A DNA stretch of 64,000 nt from Candidatus Heimdallarchaeota archaeon (GCA_019057375.1 DXJF01000050.1:64001-128000), one strand, 5' to 3'. Shown: positions 20,480 through 30,950, counted from the stretch's first letter. The notes: generated by a model from the letters alone, not told the origin. Program-made: numbers and translations.

Positions 20480-21778
20480 TTATCTATGATGGAGTTTTCT
20501 TGCAGCAATAAAACTCAAACCTTTTTCTGTAAGAGCTTTAGCAGTGTTGTTAATAGCTGTTTGACGATCGTAATAATTTTGTTCAAGATGTCCCCATAAA
20601 TTTTGTTCTGTTATCTGTTCTTTTGTAAGGAAATAATCCAGAATATCAGAAGGATGTTCCCGTGTCTGATCTATTTTCACAGGTCCTCCTTCATGCTTAG
20701 CACTAATGTTTCTAACTTTCGGGGCAAGTTCAAGTAATTCTTGTGTTCTATCATATGGTTGTCTCACAATTGATTTCTGTGTTTCGATTATATGATGTTC
20801 TAACCTAACAACATCTTCAAAACCAAAGTTATTTCTTATATCAGAGCTCATTTCAATTGTCCAATTATTCACTGCATTAGACAGATTGAATCCAATCAGA
20901 GGGGAAGTACCATCATCTCTTGCGAATAATTTTGCAGTCATTAAAGTCCAAAGGACTGAATAGGGGTTATCATTTCCCATATATACAGAAATCTTAAACT
21001 CATTATTTATTCCGAGCTTGTGTAGCATGTATCCTAAGATTACAGTACCAGGATTTATATTCAAAACTTGCTTAATACCATAGTTGGTATAGTAATAGAG
21101 AAACTCGTCTACCCATTTTAAAGCCAACTCATTTCCCATTCCCACTCCTCCAAAATATCCAGTTATCGTATCAGGCCCTCCTAAATGTATATTCATAGGC
21201 AATCCATCTGGTCCAGGCATTGTTCCTTTTGTATCTAAAGTTTCTACAATTGATGCACCAATTATATTTACAGCTGCTTGCATTGCCAAGAGATCCCCAT
21301 CTTTTTCTTGCTCTTTCATATATCTGACACGGATTATCCTTCCTGGTAAAAGATCTTGTTTAGGAATGGCCTTTTGTGCACTTTTAATTAGAAACGGGAA
21401 GTATTGGCATGCTGAAAGCTCCAAAGTCACAGCAAAAGAATCATCAAACTTGATTCTATCAACCGCATTTCCTAAGATTTTTCTTCGATAATTATCAACG
21501 CTAATAAAAACTTCATTATCTCTCTGTTTTGTTAACCACTCAAGATCGTCAATATATTCTGGTTTGACTGTTTCGAGTTTTTTATAGATGGTTTCAATTT
21601 TACTTGATTCTTTGAATTTGTTATTAATTTCATCTACTCCTCCATATTTATCTATTAACTGGAGAATGTCATTAACAAAGGGGTTGTTTTCATCAATTAA
21701 GAATTTTTGAATCTCATCTATATTCTCTTTAGAAATGCTCAATCTATTTCTTATATTTTCCATATAATATTCCTCCAT
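20480..21778 (-). CDS. Conserved protein of unknown function, probably an enzyme
   Basis: 432 aa with conserved-looking blocks (DTKGT, NIHLGGPDTITGYFGG, FKISVYMGNDNP, VRLEHH, ISAKHEGG); only 3 bp from the aminotransferase. Confidence 0.7.
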   Translation of the reverse strand: MEEYYMENIRNRLSISKENIDEIQKFLIDENNPFVNDILQLIDKYGGVDEINNKFKESSKIETIYKKLETVKPEYIDDLEWLTKQRDNEVFISVDNYRRKILGNAVDRIKFDDSFAVTLELSACQYFPFLIKSAQKAIPKQDLLPGRIIRVRYMKEQEKDGDLLAMQAAVNIIGASIVETLDTKGTMPGPDGLPMNIHLGGPDTITGYFGGVGMGNELALKWVDEFLYYYTNYGIKQVLNINPGTVILGYMLHKLGINNEFKISVYMGNDNPYSVLWTLMTAKLFARDDGTSPLIGFNLSNAVNNWTIEMSSDIRNNFGFEDVVRLEHHIIETQKSIVRQPYDRTQELLELAPKVRNISAKHEGGPVKIDQTREHPSDILDYFLTKEQITEQNLWGHLEQNYYDRQTAINNTAKALTEKGLSFIAARKLHHR

Positions 21779-21849
21779 GAGAGTTCAGGAATTTTTCACT
21801 CATGTTGATTATCCTAGTGAAAATATATACAATTTTAAATATATCTCTA

Positions 21850-22704
21850 TCAATATTTGATATTATGTTTGGATTTTATTCTTTCTAGAGCTTCCTTTGC
21901 ACTTTCACTAACGAATCTATTATCATCTTCTATCAAATTCTCTAAAATATTGATTACAAATATATCCTTAGAATGGCCTAAAGCAGATGTAGCACATTTT
22001 CTGATAAACCAATTTTCACCCTTTAAAGCTTGTTTAAGAAGTAATAGTCCTTCGTCACCTCCAATCTTTCCAATTGCTGATGCAGCTTGTTCTTTTACAT
22101 CTTGAAAATTATCATTCATCAAGAGGTTAAAGAGAAGCTTAATAGATATATCACTTCGAATTTCACCCAGAATCCAAGCAATTTTAGATCTAACATCCTT
22201 GTCAGGATCATTTAAGAAGTATTCTAGAAGCTGCACATCAAGATGTTCTTGTTCTAGCAGCTTTTCCCACTTCTCCTTGGCAATAAGAGATAAAGCTTCT
22301 TCTTTCTGACTAGAAGGAACCCAGCCCAAATGTTCCAACACTACAATTGACTCAGATCTTACTTCCCAACTGGTATCTTCTAATTTGTTTACTAGGGAAG
22401 GAATAGCATCAAAAGCCATCATATCTCCTAATGATCTGGTAGCATTTTTCCTTACTTCTGGTTCTTCATCATTTAAAGCAAGAATCAAAGGATTGATTGT
22501 TCTCTCATCCGCTATTTTACCTAGAGCCCAAGCGATACGGCTCCTTACTGGTGCAACATCTTCCTTGAGCATTTTTATAAGAACAGAAACTGTTTGCTTT
22601 TTGCCAGGATTATCAACAATGGAATTAATTGTAAAAACACGAACATGAAGATCTTCATCCTTTAAACTTTCAAGCAAAGATTCTACATCATCATCTTCAA
22701 TCAT
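21850..22704 (-). CDS. HEAT/PBS-lyase repeat protein
   Basis: Repeats such as VRSRIAWALGKI, VRKNATRSLG, VKEQAASAIGKI. Confidence 0.88.
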   Translation of the reverse strand: MIEDDDVESLLESLKDEDLHVRVFTINSIVDNPGKKQTVSVLIKMLKEDVAPVRSRIAWALGKIADERTINPLILALNDEEPEVRKNATRSLGDMMAFDAIPSLVNKLEDTSWEVRSESIVVLEHLGWVPSSQKEEALSLIAKEKWEKLLEQEHLDVQLLEYFLNDPDKDVRSKIAWILGEIRSDISIKLLFNLLMNDNFQDVKEQAASAIGKIGGDEGLLLLKQALKGENWFIRKCATSALGHSKDIFVINILENLIEDDNRFVSESAKEALERIKSKHNIKY

Positions 22705-22732
22705 CTGTTTTCCACTCTCTGACAGAAATTAA

Positions 22733-23038
22733 TCACTCTATGCATTCCCATGAATCTACCAGAAGCTGATATTCCTGATATGTTTCATCATCTATTTTTT
22801 GCGGTCTTTTGGAGCTTCCTTTAGTAAGAATTACTTCTCCATTAATTTTCATTTTTCCTCTGCATGAAATTGGTTCTCTAGAATAAATAACGATTTGTTC
22901 TCCGTTTTCTAAATCAAAATAATTTATATGGTCCCTATCACTAACAAATTGAATTAAATGCTGCCATGGGATTTTTGATATATTCCCAGTTAGAGTTATT
23001 TCTTCTCCTACAGATTCTGTAAAATTATATCTCAACAA
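22733..23038 (-). CDS. Small hypothetical protein, possibly OB-fold-like
   Basis: 101-aa beta-rich ORF upstream of the HEAT gene on the same strand. Confidence 0.5.
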   Translation of the reverse strand: MLRYNFTESVGEEITLTGNISKIPWQHLIQFVSDRDHINYFDLENGEQIVIYSREPISCRGKMKINGEVILTKGSSKRPQKIDDETYQEYQLLVDSWECIE

Positions 23039-23128
23039 TCATCAACTTTTATGTTATAAGTTAAAACTTAGAAGTATTTTTGTTTTTCCTTAAGAAAAAA
23101 CAATTATAGCTCTTTGAATATATGTAAT

Positions 23129-23135
23129 AGGAGGT
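23129..23135 (+). promoter_or_regulatory. Shine-Dalgarno AGGAGGT
   Basis: Lies 7 nt upstream of the ATG at 23143. Confidence 0.7.
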
Positions 23136-23142
23136 TGTTCGA

Positions 23143-26100
23143 ATGGTGAAATCTAATAAAGATGAAAAAGATGAATTTTCACCTGATGTAATCAGAGTAT
23201 TGCATATTGATGACGAAGAAGATTTTCTTTTCTTAACAAAGGAATTTATTGAAAAAATGAGTGAAGGAGAGATACAAGTAGAATCTTTAAGGATTCCCAT
23301 AGAGGCTTTTGAGAGAATAAAAGATGATAACATTGACATCATAGTCTGCGATTATCTGATGGAGGATCTGAATGGGCTAGATTTGTTGAAGCAAATAAAG
23401 CAAAAAGAGCTTCAAATACCTTTCATAATCTTTACAGGTAGAGGAAGAGAAGAAGTTGTAATTGATGCTCTTAACCTCGGAGCAGATTATTACATCAGAA
23501 AAGGTTCAGATGCAAGAAGTCAATATACTGAACTTGTACATCAAATTCGTACAGTTCTTAGACATAAGAAAGCTGAACAAGCTCTAACTGAAAGTGAAAG
23601 AACTATCAGAAGAGAGAGGGACCTTACTCAACATTATCTGAACGAAGCAAATGTCATGTTTGTAATCGTAAATGAGAATGAGATCGTTGAATTAATGAAC
23701 AAAGAAGTAACCTACGTATTAGGTTATACTGAAAAGGATTTAATAGGTAAAAACTGGTTCACAACTGCTTATTCATCAGAATATGTAGATGAATTAAGGT
23801 TCAGTTTTCAACAAGTTATTGTAGGTATGCAAAAACCAACCCCATATTTTGAGATTGAAATGGAAACAAAAAATGGAGATAAAAGAATAATTGCTTGGCG
23901 TAATACAACTATAAAAGATGAAAATGATAAAGTGATTAAAATATTGGGAGTAGGAGATGACATTACTCAAAGGAAGGAAATAGAAGCAGCTTTGCAACAA
24001 AGTGAAGAAAAGTATCGAAAGTTAGTGGATACATCCCCTGATTCTATTGTTCTAGCAGACTTAACAGGTATTATTACATTAGCTAATCCACAAGCTGCAA
24101 TCATGCACGGAGTAGACAAACCTGAAGAATTAATTGGACGTTCAATGCTGGAGTTTACTGCTCCTGAAGATCATGAAAAGGTAATGAGGGGGATGAAAAA
24201 ACAAACGTTTTCAACACAAAAAGGATATGTTGAATATACAATGCTTAAAAAGAATGGTGAAAGTTTTCCTGTTGAACTTAATGCTGTAGTCATTACTGAC
24301 AAGTCAAATAAACCAATAGCAATGATGGCCATAGGCAGAGATTTAACCCAAAGGATAAAAGCTGAAGAAGCCTTGAAGGAAAGTGAAGAAAAATATCGAG
24401 GTTTTGTACAGAACTTTGATGGGATAGCTTTTAGAGGTTCAATTAATTTTAAACCATTCTTTTTCCATGGGGCAGTAGAACAAATAACTGGTTATACAGA
24501 AGACGATTTCGTTATAGGTGAATTAACTTGGGACAAGCTAGTATTACAAGAGGATATTGAACAATTACTAGCAATTAATGAAGATCTGGAAAATACACCA
24601 GGATTTAGCAATGTGATGGAATATAGGATACGAAATAAGACTGGTGAGATAAGATGGATAAGACAACATATCCAAAACATAGGCTCGAAGGAAGGAGAAT
24701 CATTTATTGTTCAAGGTAGCTTATATGATATAACAGAAAAGAAATTGTTTGAAGTGAATCTACGAGAAAGTGAAAACAAATTTAAGAGCTTGTTTGAAGG
24801 GATTCCTGATGCGGTATTTGTAGCAGATCCTGAAACTCAAGCAATTATTGATTGTAACAAGCAAGCAGAAATGCTCCTAGGATGTCCAAGAGAGAAAATA
24901 ATAACTATGAATGCATTAGAACTACATCCAGAGGACCAAAGAGAAGCAATCAATCAAAATTTTAGAAGACATGCTCAAGGACATGAGGAAATTATAGAAA
25001 ATGAAGTATTAACATGTAACAATAAGAGAATCCCGGTCAGTATTAATGCAAATTTAATTACAATCAAAGGGAAGAAGTATTTACAAGGGATTTTCAGAAA
25101 CATAACACACAGAAAAGAAGTGGAAGAAAAACAAAGAGAATCTGAAAAACTTTACAAGATTACTTTTGAAAGCACTGGAACAGCAAATTTGATTGCTAAA
25201 AGTGATAAAACTATAAATCTAGTGAATTCGAGATTTGAAGAATTAACTGGTTTAAAGAAAACTGAAATTGAAAACAAAATGAAATGGTCAGATTTTATTT
25301 CAGAGGAAGAAACGACAAGATTTGAAAAAATTCAAGAATTACACTTCCAAGACCCTACTCTAGCTCCAGATTATTTTGAAACTTCCATAATCCTAAAAGA
25401 TGGAACTAGCATAAATGTATATCTAACTGTAAAAACCATTCCAGAGAGTACGGATTTCATCATTACTCTAATCGATATTTCGCAAATGAAAAGAGCTGAA
25501 GAACAACTCAAAGAATCTGAAGCTCTTTATAGAACACTTTTCGAAGCCACAGGTACAGCAAATGCTATCGCTAGAGCAGACTCTATAGTAGAAAAAATGA
25601 ATGATCGTTTAGCAGATATATCTGGCTATTCTAAAGAGGAAGTTGAAGGAAAACTTTCATGGCACACTTTTGTTGATGAATCTGAATTAGAGAGATTGAT
25701 GGAATATAATAGAAAAAGAATGATAGACCCTACTAGTGTTCCAACAAGTTATGAAGCTAAGCTTAAGGATAAAAACGGAAATATCGTTCCTTGTTTGATT
25801 CATGTTGGTGTAATTCCTAGTACTGAGAAATTTATAATTTCATTGATTGACATTTCAGAGACTAAAGAAGCTGAGAATGAATTATTGAAATCAGCTGAAT
25901 TATACAAAACAATATTCGAAGCTACTGGAACTGCTAATATGATTGTAGGACCTGGTAGAACTATAAAACAAGTTAACTCTAAACTTGAAGAAGTTTCAGG
26001 ATATTTGAGGGGCGATTTAATTGGCAGGAATTGGAGTGAGTTTGCCCCTGAATCTGAAATGGATAATTTGCTGGATTTCAGCAGAGCTAGGAAAACAGAC

Positions 26101-27276
26101 CCCAGTAATCTACCAGCATTTTATGAAACAAAATTTGTTAATAGAAAAGGTAATGTAAGAAACACAATAGTTAACCTAACCCCCATTCCACTTTCGGAGG
26201 ATTACATAGTATCTTTATTTGATATTACTGATATGAAACTGGCTGAAGAAGAACTAAAGCAGTCGGAAATTATGTACAGAGATTTATTTGAGAGCACTGG
26301 TATGGCTAATGTCATTTATAACTTGGAAGCAAGTATTGTTTTGGTTAATTCAAGAATGGAAGATCTATCAGGTTATACAAAGGAAGAATTAGAAGGACGA
26401 AAATGGATAGAGTTTATTCCACAACCTGAACTTAATCTAATGTTAGAATATAACAGAAAGAGAATGCTACAACCTGAAAGTGTTCCAGAACAATATGAAA
26501 CACGTTTCATAACAAAGGAAGGAACACCAAAAACCATAGTAATCAGTGTTAACCCTCTACCTAATTCAACGAATATTCTAGCCTCAGTTTTTGATATTTC
26601 TGATAGAAGAAAAATTGTAGATACTCTCACTAGACAGAAAAAAGAGCTTAGTAATTTTGTACACTTGATGGGTCATGATATAAGGAACTGCCTTTCATCA
26701 ATTGAGGGATATACAGATTTACTTGAAGAAAATGAGCAAGAAAAAGAATTAGTTCTTAAAAAGATAAATAATCAAACTGATTACCTCCAAAAACTCTTAA
26801 ACAGGTCTATTGAACTTGCAGATGCAGGACAAACTGTAGAGAAATCTGAAAAAGTAAATCTGAATAAGCTCGTAGAAACCATAGGAGCAATAACAATTCC
26901 ACAAAATATTAAGCTCAGTCATGATCCTCTTGTAGCTGTCAGAGCAGATAAAGAGAAACTATCACAGATTTTCAAAAATCTTTTCGAAAATGCTGTTATT
27001 CACGGAAAACCCAGTCAAATAGATGTGACAAGTAAATTGTTAGATAATGAAATAGTTTTAACTATAGAAAATGATGGACTACAAATAGAAGCTAAAACTG
27101 TGGAAGAAGCTTTTGAATCAACATTCACAACAAAAGAAAAAGAATCGATTCATGGTTTAACTATTGTCAAGAAGCTAGTGGATGCTCATGGATGGAAAAT
27201 AAGATTAGCTGATAAGCAAGAAAAAGCATGTTTTGAAATACTAATTCCAAAAGAAGATGTCACAGAAATTTTCTGA
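23143..27276 (+). CDS. Hybrid sensor: REC - 8 PAS - HisKA - HATPase
   Basis: REC (HIDDEE, CDYLM, FTGRG, YIRKG) followed by eight PAS/PAC units, most ending in DI(T/S)-like motifs. H-box MGHDIRN and N-box FENAVIHG are present. Confidence 0.92.
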   Translation: MVKSNKDEKDEFSPDVIRVLHIDDEEDFLFLTKEFIEKMSEGEIQVESLRIPIEAFERIKDDNIDIIVCDYLMEDLNGLDLLKQIKQKELQIPFIIFTGRGREEVVIDALNLGADYYIRKGSDARSQYTELVHQIRTVLRHKKAEQALTESERTIRRERDLTQHYLNEANVMFVIVNENEIVELMNKEVTYVLGYTEKDLIGKNWFTTAYSSEYVDELRFSFQQVIVGMQKPTPYFEIEMETKNGDKRIIAWRNTTIKDENDKVIKILGVGDDITQRKEIEAALQQSEEKYRKLVDTSPDSIVLADLTGIITLANPQAAIMHGVDKPEELIGRSMLEFTAPEDHEKVMRGMKKQTFSTQKGYVEYTMLKKNGESFPVELNAVVITDKSNKPIAMMAIGRDLTQRIKAEEALKESEEKYRGFVQNFDGIAFRGSINFKPFFFHGAVEQITGYTEDDFVIGELTWDKLVLQEDIEQLLAINEDLENTPGFSNVMEYRIRNKTGEIRWIRQHIQNIGSKEGESFIVQGSLYDITEKKLFEVNLRESENKFKSLFEGIPDAVFVADPETQAIIDCNKQAEMLLGCPREKIITMNALELHPEDQREAINQNFRRHAQGHEEIIENEVLTCNNKRIPVSINANLITIKGKKYLQGIFRNITHRKEVEEKQRESEKLYKITFESTGTANLIAKSDKTINLVNSRFEELTGLKKTEIENKMKWSDFISEEETTRFEKIQELHFQDPTLAPDYFETSIILKDGTSINVYLTVKTIPESTDFIITLIDISQMKRAEEQLKESEALYRTLFEATGTANAIARADSIVEKMNDRLADISGYSKEEVEGKLSWHTFVDESELERLMEYNRKRMIDPTSVPTSYEAKLKDKNGNIVPCLIHVGVIPSTEKFIISLIDISETKEAENELLKSAELYKTIFEATGTANMIVGPGRTIKQVNSKLEEVSGYLRGDLIGRNWSEFAPESEMDNLLDFSRARKTDPSNLPAFYETKFVNRKGNVRNTIVNLTPIPLSEDYIVSLFDITDMKLAEEELKQSEIMYRDLFESTGMANVIYNLEASIVLVNSRMEDLSGYTKEELEGRKWIEFIPQPELNLMLEYNRKRMLQPESVPEQYETRFITKEGTPKTIVISVNPLPNSTNILASVFDISDRRKIVDTLTRQKKELSNFVHLMGHDIRNCLSSIEGYTDLLEENEQEKELVLKKINNQTDYLQKLLNRSIELADAGQTVEKSEKVNLNKLVETIGAITIPQNIKLSHDPLVAVRADKEKLSQIFKNLFENAVIHGKPSQIDVTSKLLDNEIVLTIENDGLQIEAKTVEEAFESTFTTKEKESIHGLTIVKKLVDAHGWKIRLADKQEKACFEILIPKEDVTEIF

Positions 27277-27365
27277 TTTTCTTCAATCTCAGTTTCCTTT
27301 TAAAACTTCGCATGAAAAATTCTTCAGCTAGGTATCCTTTTATGCTTCGATATTGACTTCAAATC

Positions 27366-28289
27366 ATGACCATACGAATTGTTACTGATAGTGCTTCAGA
27401 CCTTTCATGGGATTTTGCAAGAGAAAATAATATCAAAATTGTACCACTTTATATGATGGTACATGACGAAGTGCTCAAAGAAGATGAAAATTTCGATAGG
27501 GATAGTTACTACCAACTCTTCGAAGACGAAAAGGCTTTTCTTCACATACCTAAATTAAATTTGCATTCCTTTGTTCCTAGTACTTCCCAACCTAATCCTC
27601 AAGATTTTGAGAAAGCATATCAAGAGCAGATTGACGAAGGTGCCAAAGAAATACTAGTAATTAATGTTACAGCTGGATTATCAGGAACTACCAACAGTTC
27701 AAATTTAGCAGCTAAAAAGGTTATGAGAAAACAATCTGATATCAAAATATACATTATTGATGCTAAGTCTGCATCTTATCCTGAAGTTATTTTAATAAGA
27801 ATGGCGCTAAAGTTAATTAAACAGAAAAAATATACAGGAGAGCAAATTACAGAAATTCTCAGAGAACAAGCAATAAAGATTCGTACAATCATTCTACTTC
27901 CAACAATAAGATATCTCTGGAAAGGTGGAAGACTAGGAAGATTTGGAACAGCTAAATTTGCACTAGGGTCTTTATTGAAAAAGAAACCCATAGTAACAAT
28001 GAATGAAGAGGGATTCGTTGAAACTGCAGGATCTGCTACTGATGTTGAAGAAGGACTGAAAGAGTCATTAAGACTTAGTCTTGAGAACGCACCAAAAGAA
28101 CCTAAAGCTTTTACTATCGTTTATGGTAGTAGGAAGGACTATGCTGAGAATCTTGCTAATCTAATAAAAGAAAAGTATCCTAAGATTGAAATTGAAATTG
28201 GTCAGAGTGGAGGTTCAGTTCTTTCGCATTTAGGACCTGAATCTATTGGGTTAATAACTGATTACACTGATGATGAACACTGGAAATAA
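27366..28289 (+). CDS. DegV family fatty-acid-binding protein
   Basis: IVTDSASDL, PSTSQPNP, LSGT, KGGR, KKPI, HLGP. Confidence 0.92.
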   Translation: MTIRIVTDSASDLSWDFARENNIKIVPLYMMVHDEVLKEDENFDRDSYYQLFEDEKAFLHIPKLNLHSFVPSTSQPNPQDFEKAYQEQIDEGAKEILVINVTAGLSGTTNSSNLAAKKVMRKQSDIKIYIIDAKSASYPEVILIRMALKLIKQKKYTGEQITEILREQAIKIRTIILLPTIRYLWKGGRLGRFGTAKFALGSLLKKKPIVTMNEEGFVETAGSATDVEEGLKESLRLSLENAPKEPKAFTIVYGSRKDYAENLANLIKEKYPKIEIEIGQSGGSVLSHLGPESIGLITDYTDDEHWK

Positions 28290-28391
28290 GTGAGAAACCA
28301 TTCCACACGAAGTATAGGTAAGATCTTCTTGGAAAGGGTTCATTCCGAAAAGGAATCATCTAATAAGGTAGGATAGGGTTAAACATTCACT

Positions 28392-28910
28392 CTACCTTCT
28401 AACAAGGTCTAAATTCTCTTCTGCTTTCTTTTTCTTTGCATATTTCAAATAGTATCTTATTCCTAAAATTAGAAAACCAACTATGAACATGATTCCTAGA
28501 ATTAGATAATCAGTTCTTGAAGACATAATATTATACAATATCCCGTTTTTCTGCGAAAATGGATAGAAGAACATTATCTCAGGATAAAGGATTGCATCAA
28601 AAAAAACATGAGAAAACAAACCTATAATACTTGATATAAGAGACAGATAAATATTATATTTTGGGAGATATCTATCTAGTTTCAAAAATCTGTAGCATAA
28701 CCAACTTATGATTGATGCAGGTATAAAGAAAACAATTACACCAAGAGTACTATGCATAATTCCATGCATTCTCCCTATACCAGTTATAAGATAAAAAATT
28801 GGTTCAAGATCAATAATTACAGTTCCAATCAATAGTGCAATTGGATCCAAAAATGGCAATATACTAAAAAGAAAGATTCCAAAACCTAAATGCATTGGAG
28901 TAAAAGGCAT
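28392..28910 (-). CDS. Membrane metal-dependent hydrolase-like protein (DUF4184/YdjM-like)
   Basis: MPFTPMH, IIDLEP, HGIMHS, SHVFFD. Confidence 0.7.
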   Translation of the reverse strand: MPFTPMHLGFGIFLFSILPFLDPIALLIGTVIIDLEPIFYLITGIGRMHGIMHSTLGVIVFFIPASIISWLCYRFLKLDRYLPKYNIYLSLISSIIGLFSHVFFDAILYPEIMFFYPFSQKNGILYNIMSSRTDYLILGIMFIVGFLILGIRYYLKYAKKKKAEENLDLVRR

Positions 28911-28945
28911 CTTGGTTTAATAGCTGTAATCAGCTTATATATCTT

Positions 28946-30259
28946 TTATCTAATCAAGCTGTGACATTTTCTTTTCCTGATTATAAAAACCACAACATAG
29001 AAATTTACTAATCCAGTAAAGATCAAAATACTGAAGCTTGTTTTCTCTGTAGGAATCTCTAGTAATGAAGTAAAATCATATACAACATCATCTAAACTAA
29101 CACTTGTTCGGTTCAAGACAGTAATTACAGAAGATTCATTGTTGAACATTGGTGCTTCACAATGATATAGAGTTGAAGTTGAAACATATTTCTCTTCATG
29201 ATGTTCATGACCATAAAGCATAACTTCTATATTGTAGCTTGCTCTTAGATTTGAAGCATGATTCTTGTAGTCTGAATGATAAAATAGTACATTCGGTTTT
29301 TCCTCTTCAGTTGATAAAATATCCACTACACTATCAAGATCAGATACACTTAAACCTCCATTAGTACAAGTGTATCCAATAAATGACCAATCTAGAAAAT
29401 TAAAATTCATATAGTTCTCTCCAAAGTAATTCTTCCAAACAACTGCTGGGTTATCAGGAAGGAGAGATGAAGAATCCAAATCGTGATTTCCCCCAATAAT
29501 GTAAATAGGTAGATTAAGTAAATCAAACACCCATAAACTTAGCTTTACTTGCACTTCAGCAGCCAAGGGTTTTCCTGTTATAGGATTAACATATTCTGAA
29601 GCTGGTGCTCCTTCTATTAAATCTCCAGTGAAGATTGCAAAATCTACATCAAGACTCTTTATTGAATCTATATAATTTAAAACTATATCAGTTGTGTTCA
29701 TTCCTGCAAACGAAGGAATATGTGAATCAGAAATATGGAGAATATTAAACGGATATGACTTCTGCACTACTATTTTAACTGAATTTGTTTGATAATCATC
29801 ACCAATACTGCAATTCAATTGTAAATCGTATAATCCAGCAATATTCTCTGAAGGATTAACCTCAAAATACCAAAGAGCATCAATCTCATCATATGTTGAT
29901 TCTAAGATATCAAGAGTAATATTTGCTCCGGACGAAACTAATGAAAACTGCCAACCAACTGTATCTGAATCAGCTTGAGCTGTGATTGATATGTTTTGAC
30001 TATAATCGATAATTGCAGGGAAACCTTTGTGGGGAGATCGAATTATTGAAAGAGGTCTAGCTACAAGGTGATATCGAGGAAAACTGGTTTCATTGAAATA
30101 TTCTGTTGGAGAGGTAGCATTAATACTTGTTAGAACGGGATTATTGGTTGGGTTATCTAGAAATATTAAACCATTTATAGTTTGAGATTGAGATACAAAT
30201 AAGCTTGAAAATAAAATAATAATTGTCAATAAAAACCAAAGTCTAGATTTTATTTGCAT
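28946..30259 (-). CDS. Secreted, membrane-anchored metallophosphoesterase (calcineurin-like)
   Basis: Signal peptide; HISDSH, FTGDL, GGNHD, YHSD, GHEH; C-terminal TM plus RKRK. Confidence 0.88.
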   Translation of the reverse strand: MQIKSRLWFLLTIIILFSSLFVSQSQTINGLIFLDNPTNNPVLTSINATSPTEYFNETSFPRYHLVARPLSIIRSPHKGFPAIIDYSQNISITAQADSDTVGWQFSLVSSGANITLDILESTYDEIDALWYFEVNPSENIAGLYDLQLNCSIGDDYQTNSVKIVVQKSYPFNILHISDSHIPSFAGMNTTDIVLNYIDSIKSLDVDFAIFTGDLIEGAPASEYVNPITGKPLAAEVQVKLSLWVFDLLNLPIYIIGGNHDLDSSSLLPDNPAVVWKNYFGENYMNFNFLDWSFIGYTCTNGGLSVSDLDSVVDILSTEEEKPNVLFYHSDYKNHASNLRASYNIEVMLYGHEHHEEKYVSTSTLYHCEAPMFNNESSVITVLNRTSVSLDDVVYDFTSLLEIPTEKTSFSILIFTGLVNFYVVVFIIRKRKCHSLIR

Positions 30260-30335
30260 AATTATTTCATTATTCTAAATAGAAATAAATCTTACTGTGA
30301 TTTTACGAATATATTTATGGATTCTACAAAACAAC

Positions 30336-30950
30336 TTATAAAGGATCTTCAGGAAACTTTCCAAAACTTAAACACAAGTCCCAGAGCAAGTTTTGAGCTT
30401 GAGGGTTCAGATAATCATATGGAGAAACATGTTCTCTTACTCCAATAAACTTGTAGAAGCTGATAGTCCAATGAATATGTGGAAATTCAGCGCTAAGAAC
30501 AGGAATCAAGAAACCAAGAGACTGATTTACTTCAACCCTATCACCTTTTTTTACAGTTATTGCAGCTAATTGATCATCTATCACAGATTCTTCAGTCGTC
30601 CATGGTTCAAAAGCAATGAACATTGTCCATTTCATATTTATTTTGATGTTTACATCTATTAACCAATAACCATTTGACATCCTAAACTTCTTCACATCTG
30701 TAACTTTGCCTGAAATTGGTGTAAATATTTCAGTATCATTATCAAGTTTAAAATCAAAACCAATGTGTAATTGAGTAGACATATTATCATGAAAAACTTG
30801 AACACCAGTAACATCTTCTAAATTATGAACAGGTAAAGAAAATTCAGGTGTTTCTGCTAGTGTAAAAGCAATAGCAAAACCAGCTGAAATACCACCAGCA
30901 AGAATAATTGTTGATATGAATATGAAAAAGATTAGTTTGATTTTTTTCAT
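30336..30950 (-). CDS. M23-like (LytM-type) metallopeptidase with N-terminal anchor
   Basis: HIGFD (HxxxD), IFTPISGKV, VKKGDRVEVNQSLG, PHIH (HxH). Confidence 0.75.
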   Translation of the reverse strand: MKKIKLIFFIFISTIILAGGISAGFAIAFTLAETPEFSLPVHNLEDVTGVQVFHDNMSTQLHIGFDFKLDNDTEIFTPISGKVTDVKKFRMSNGYWLIDVNIKINMKWTMFIAFEPWTTEESVIDDQLAAITVKKGDRVEVNQSLGFLIPVLSAEFPHIHWTISFYKFIGVREHVSPYDYLNPQAQNLLWDLCLSFGKFPEDPL

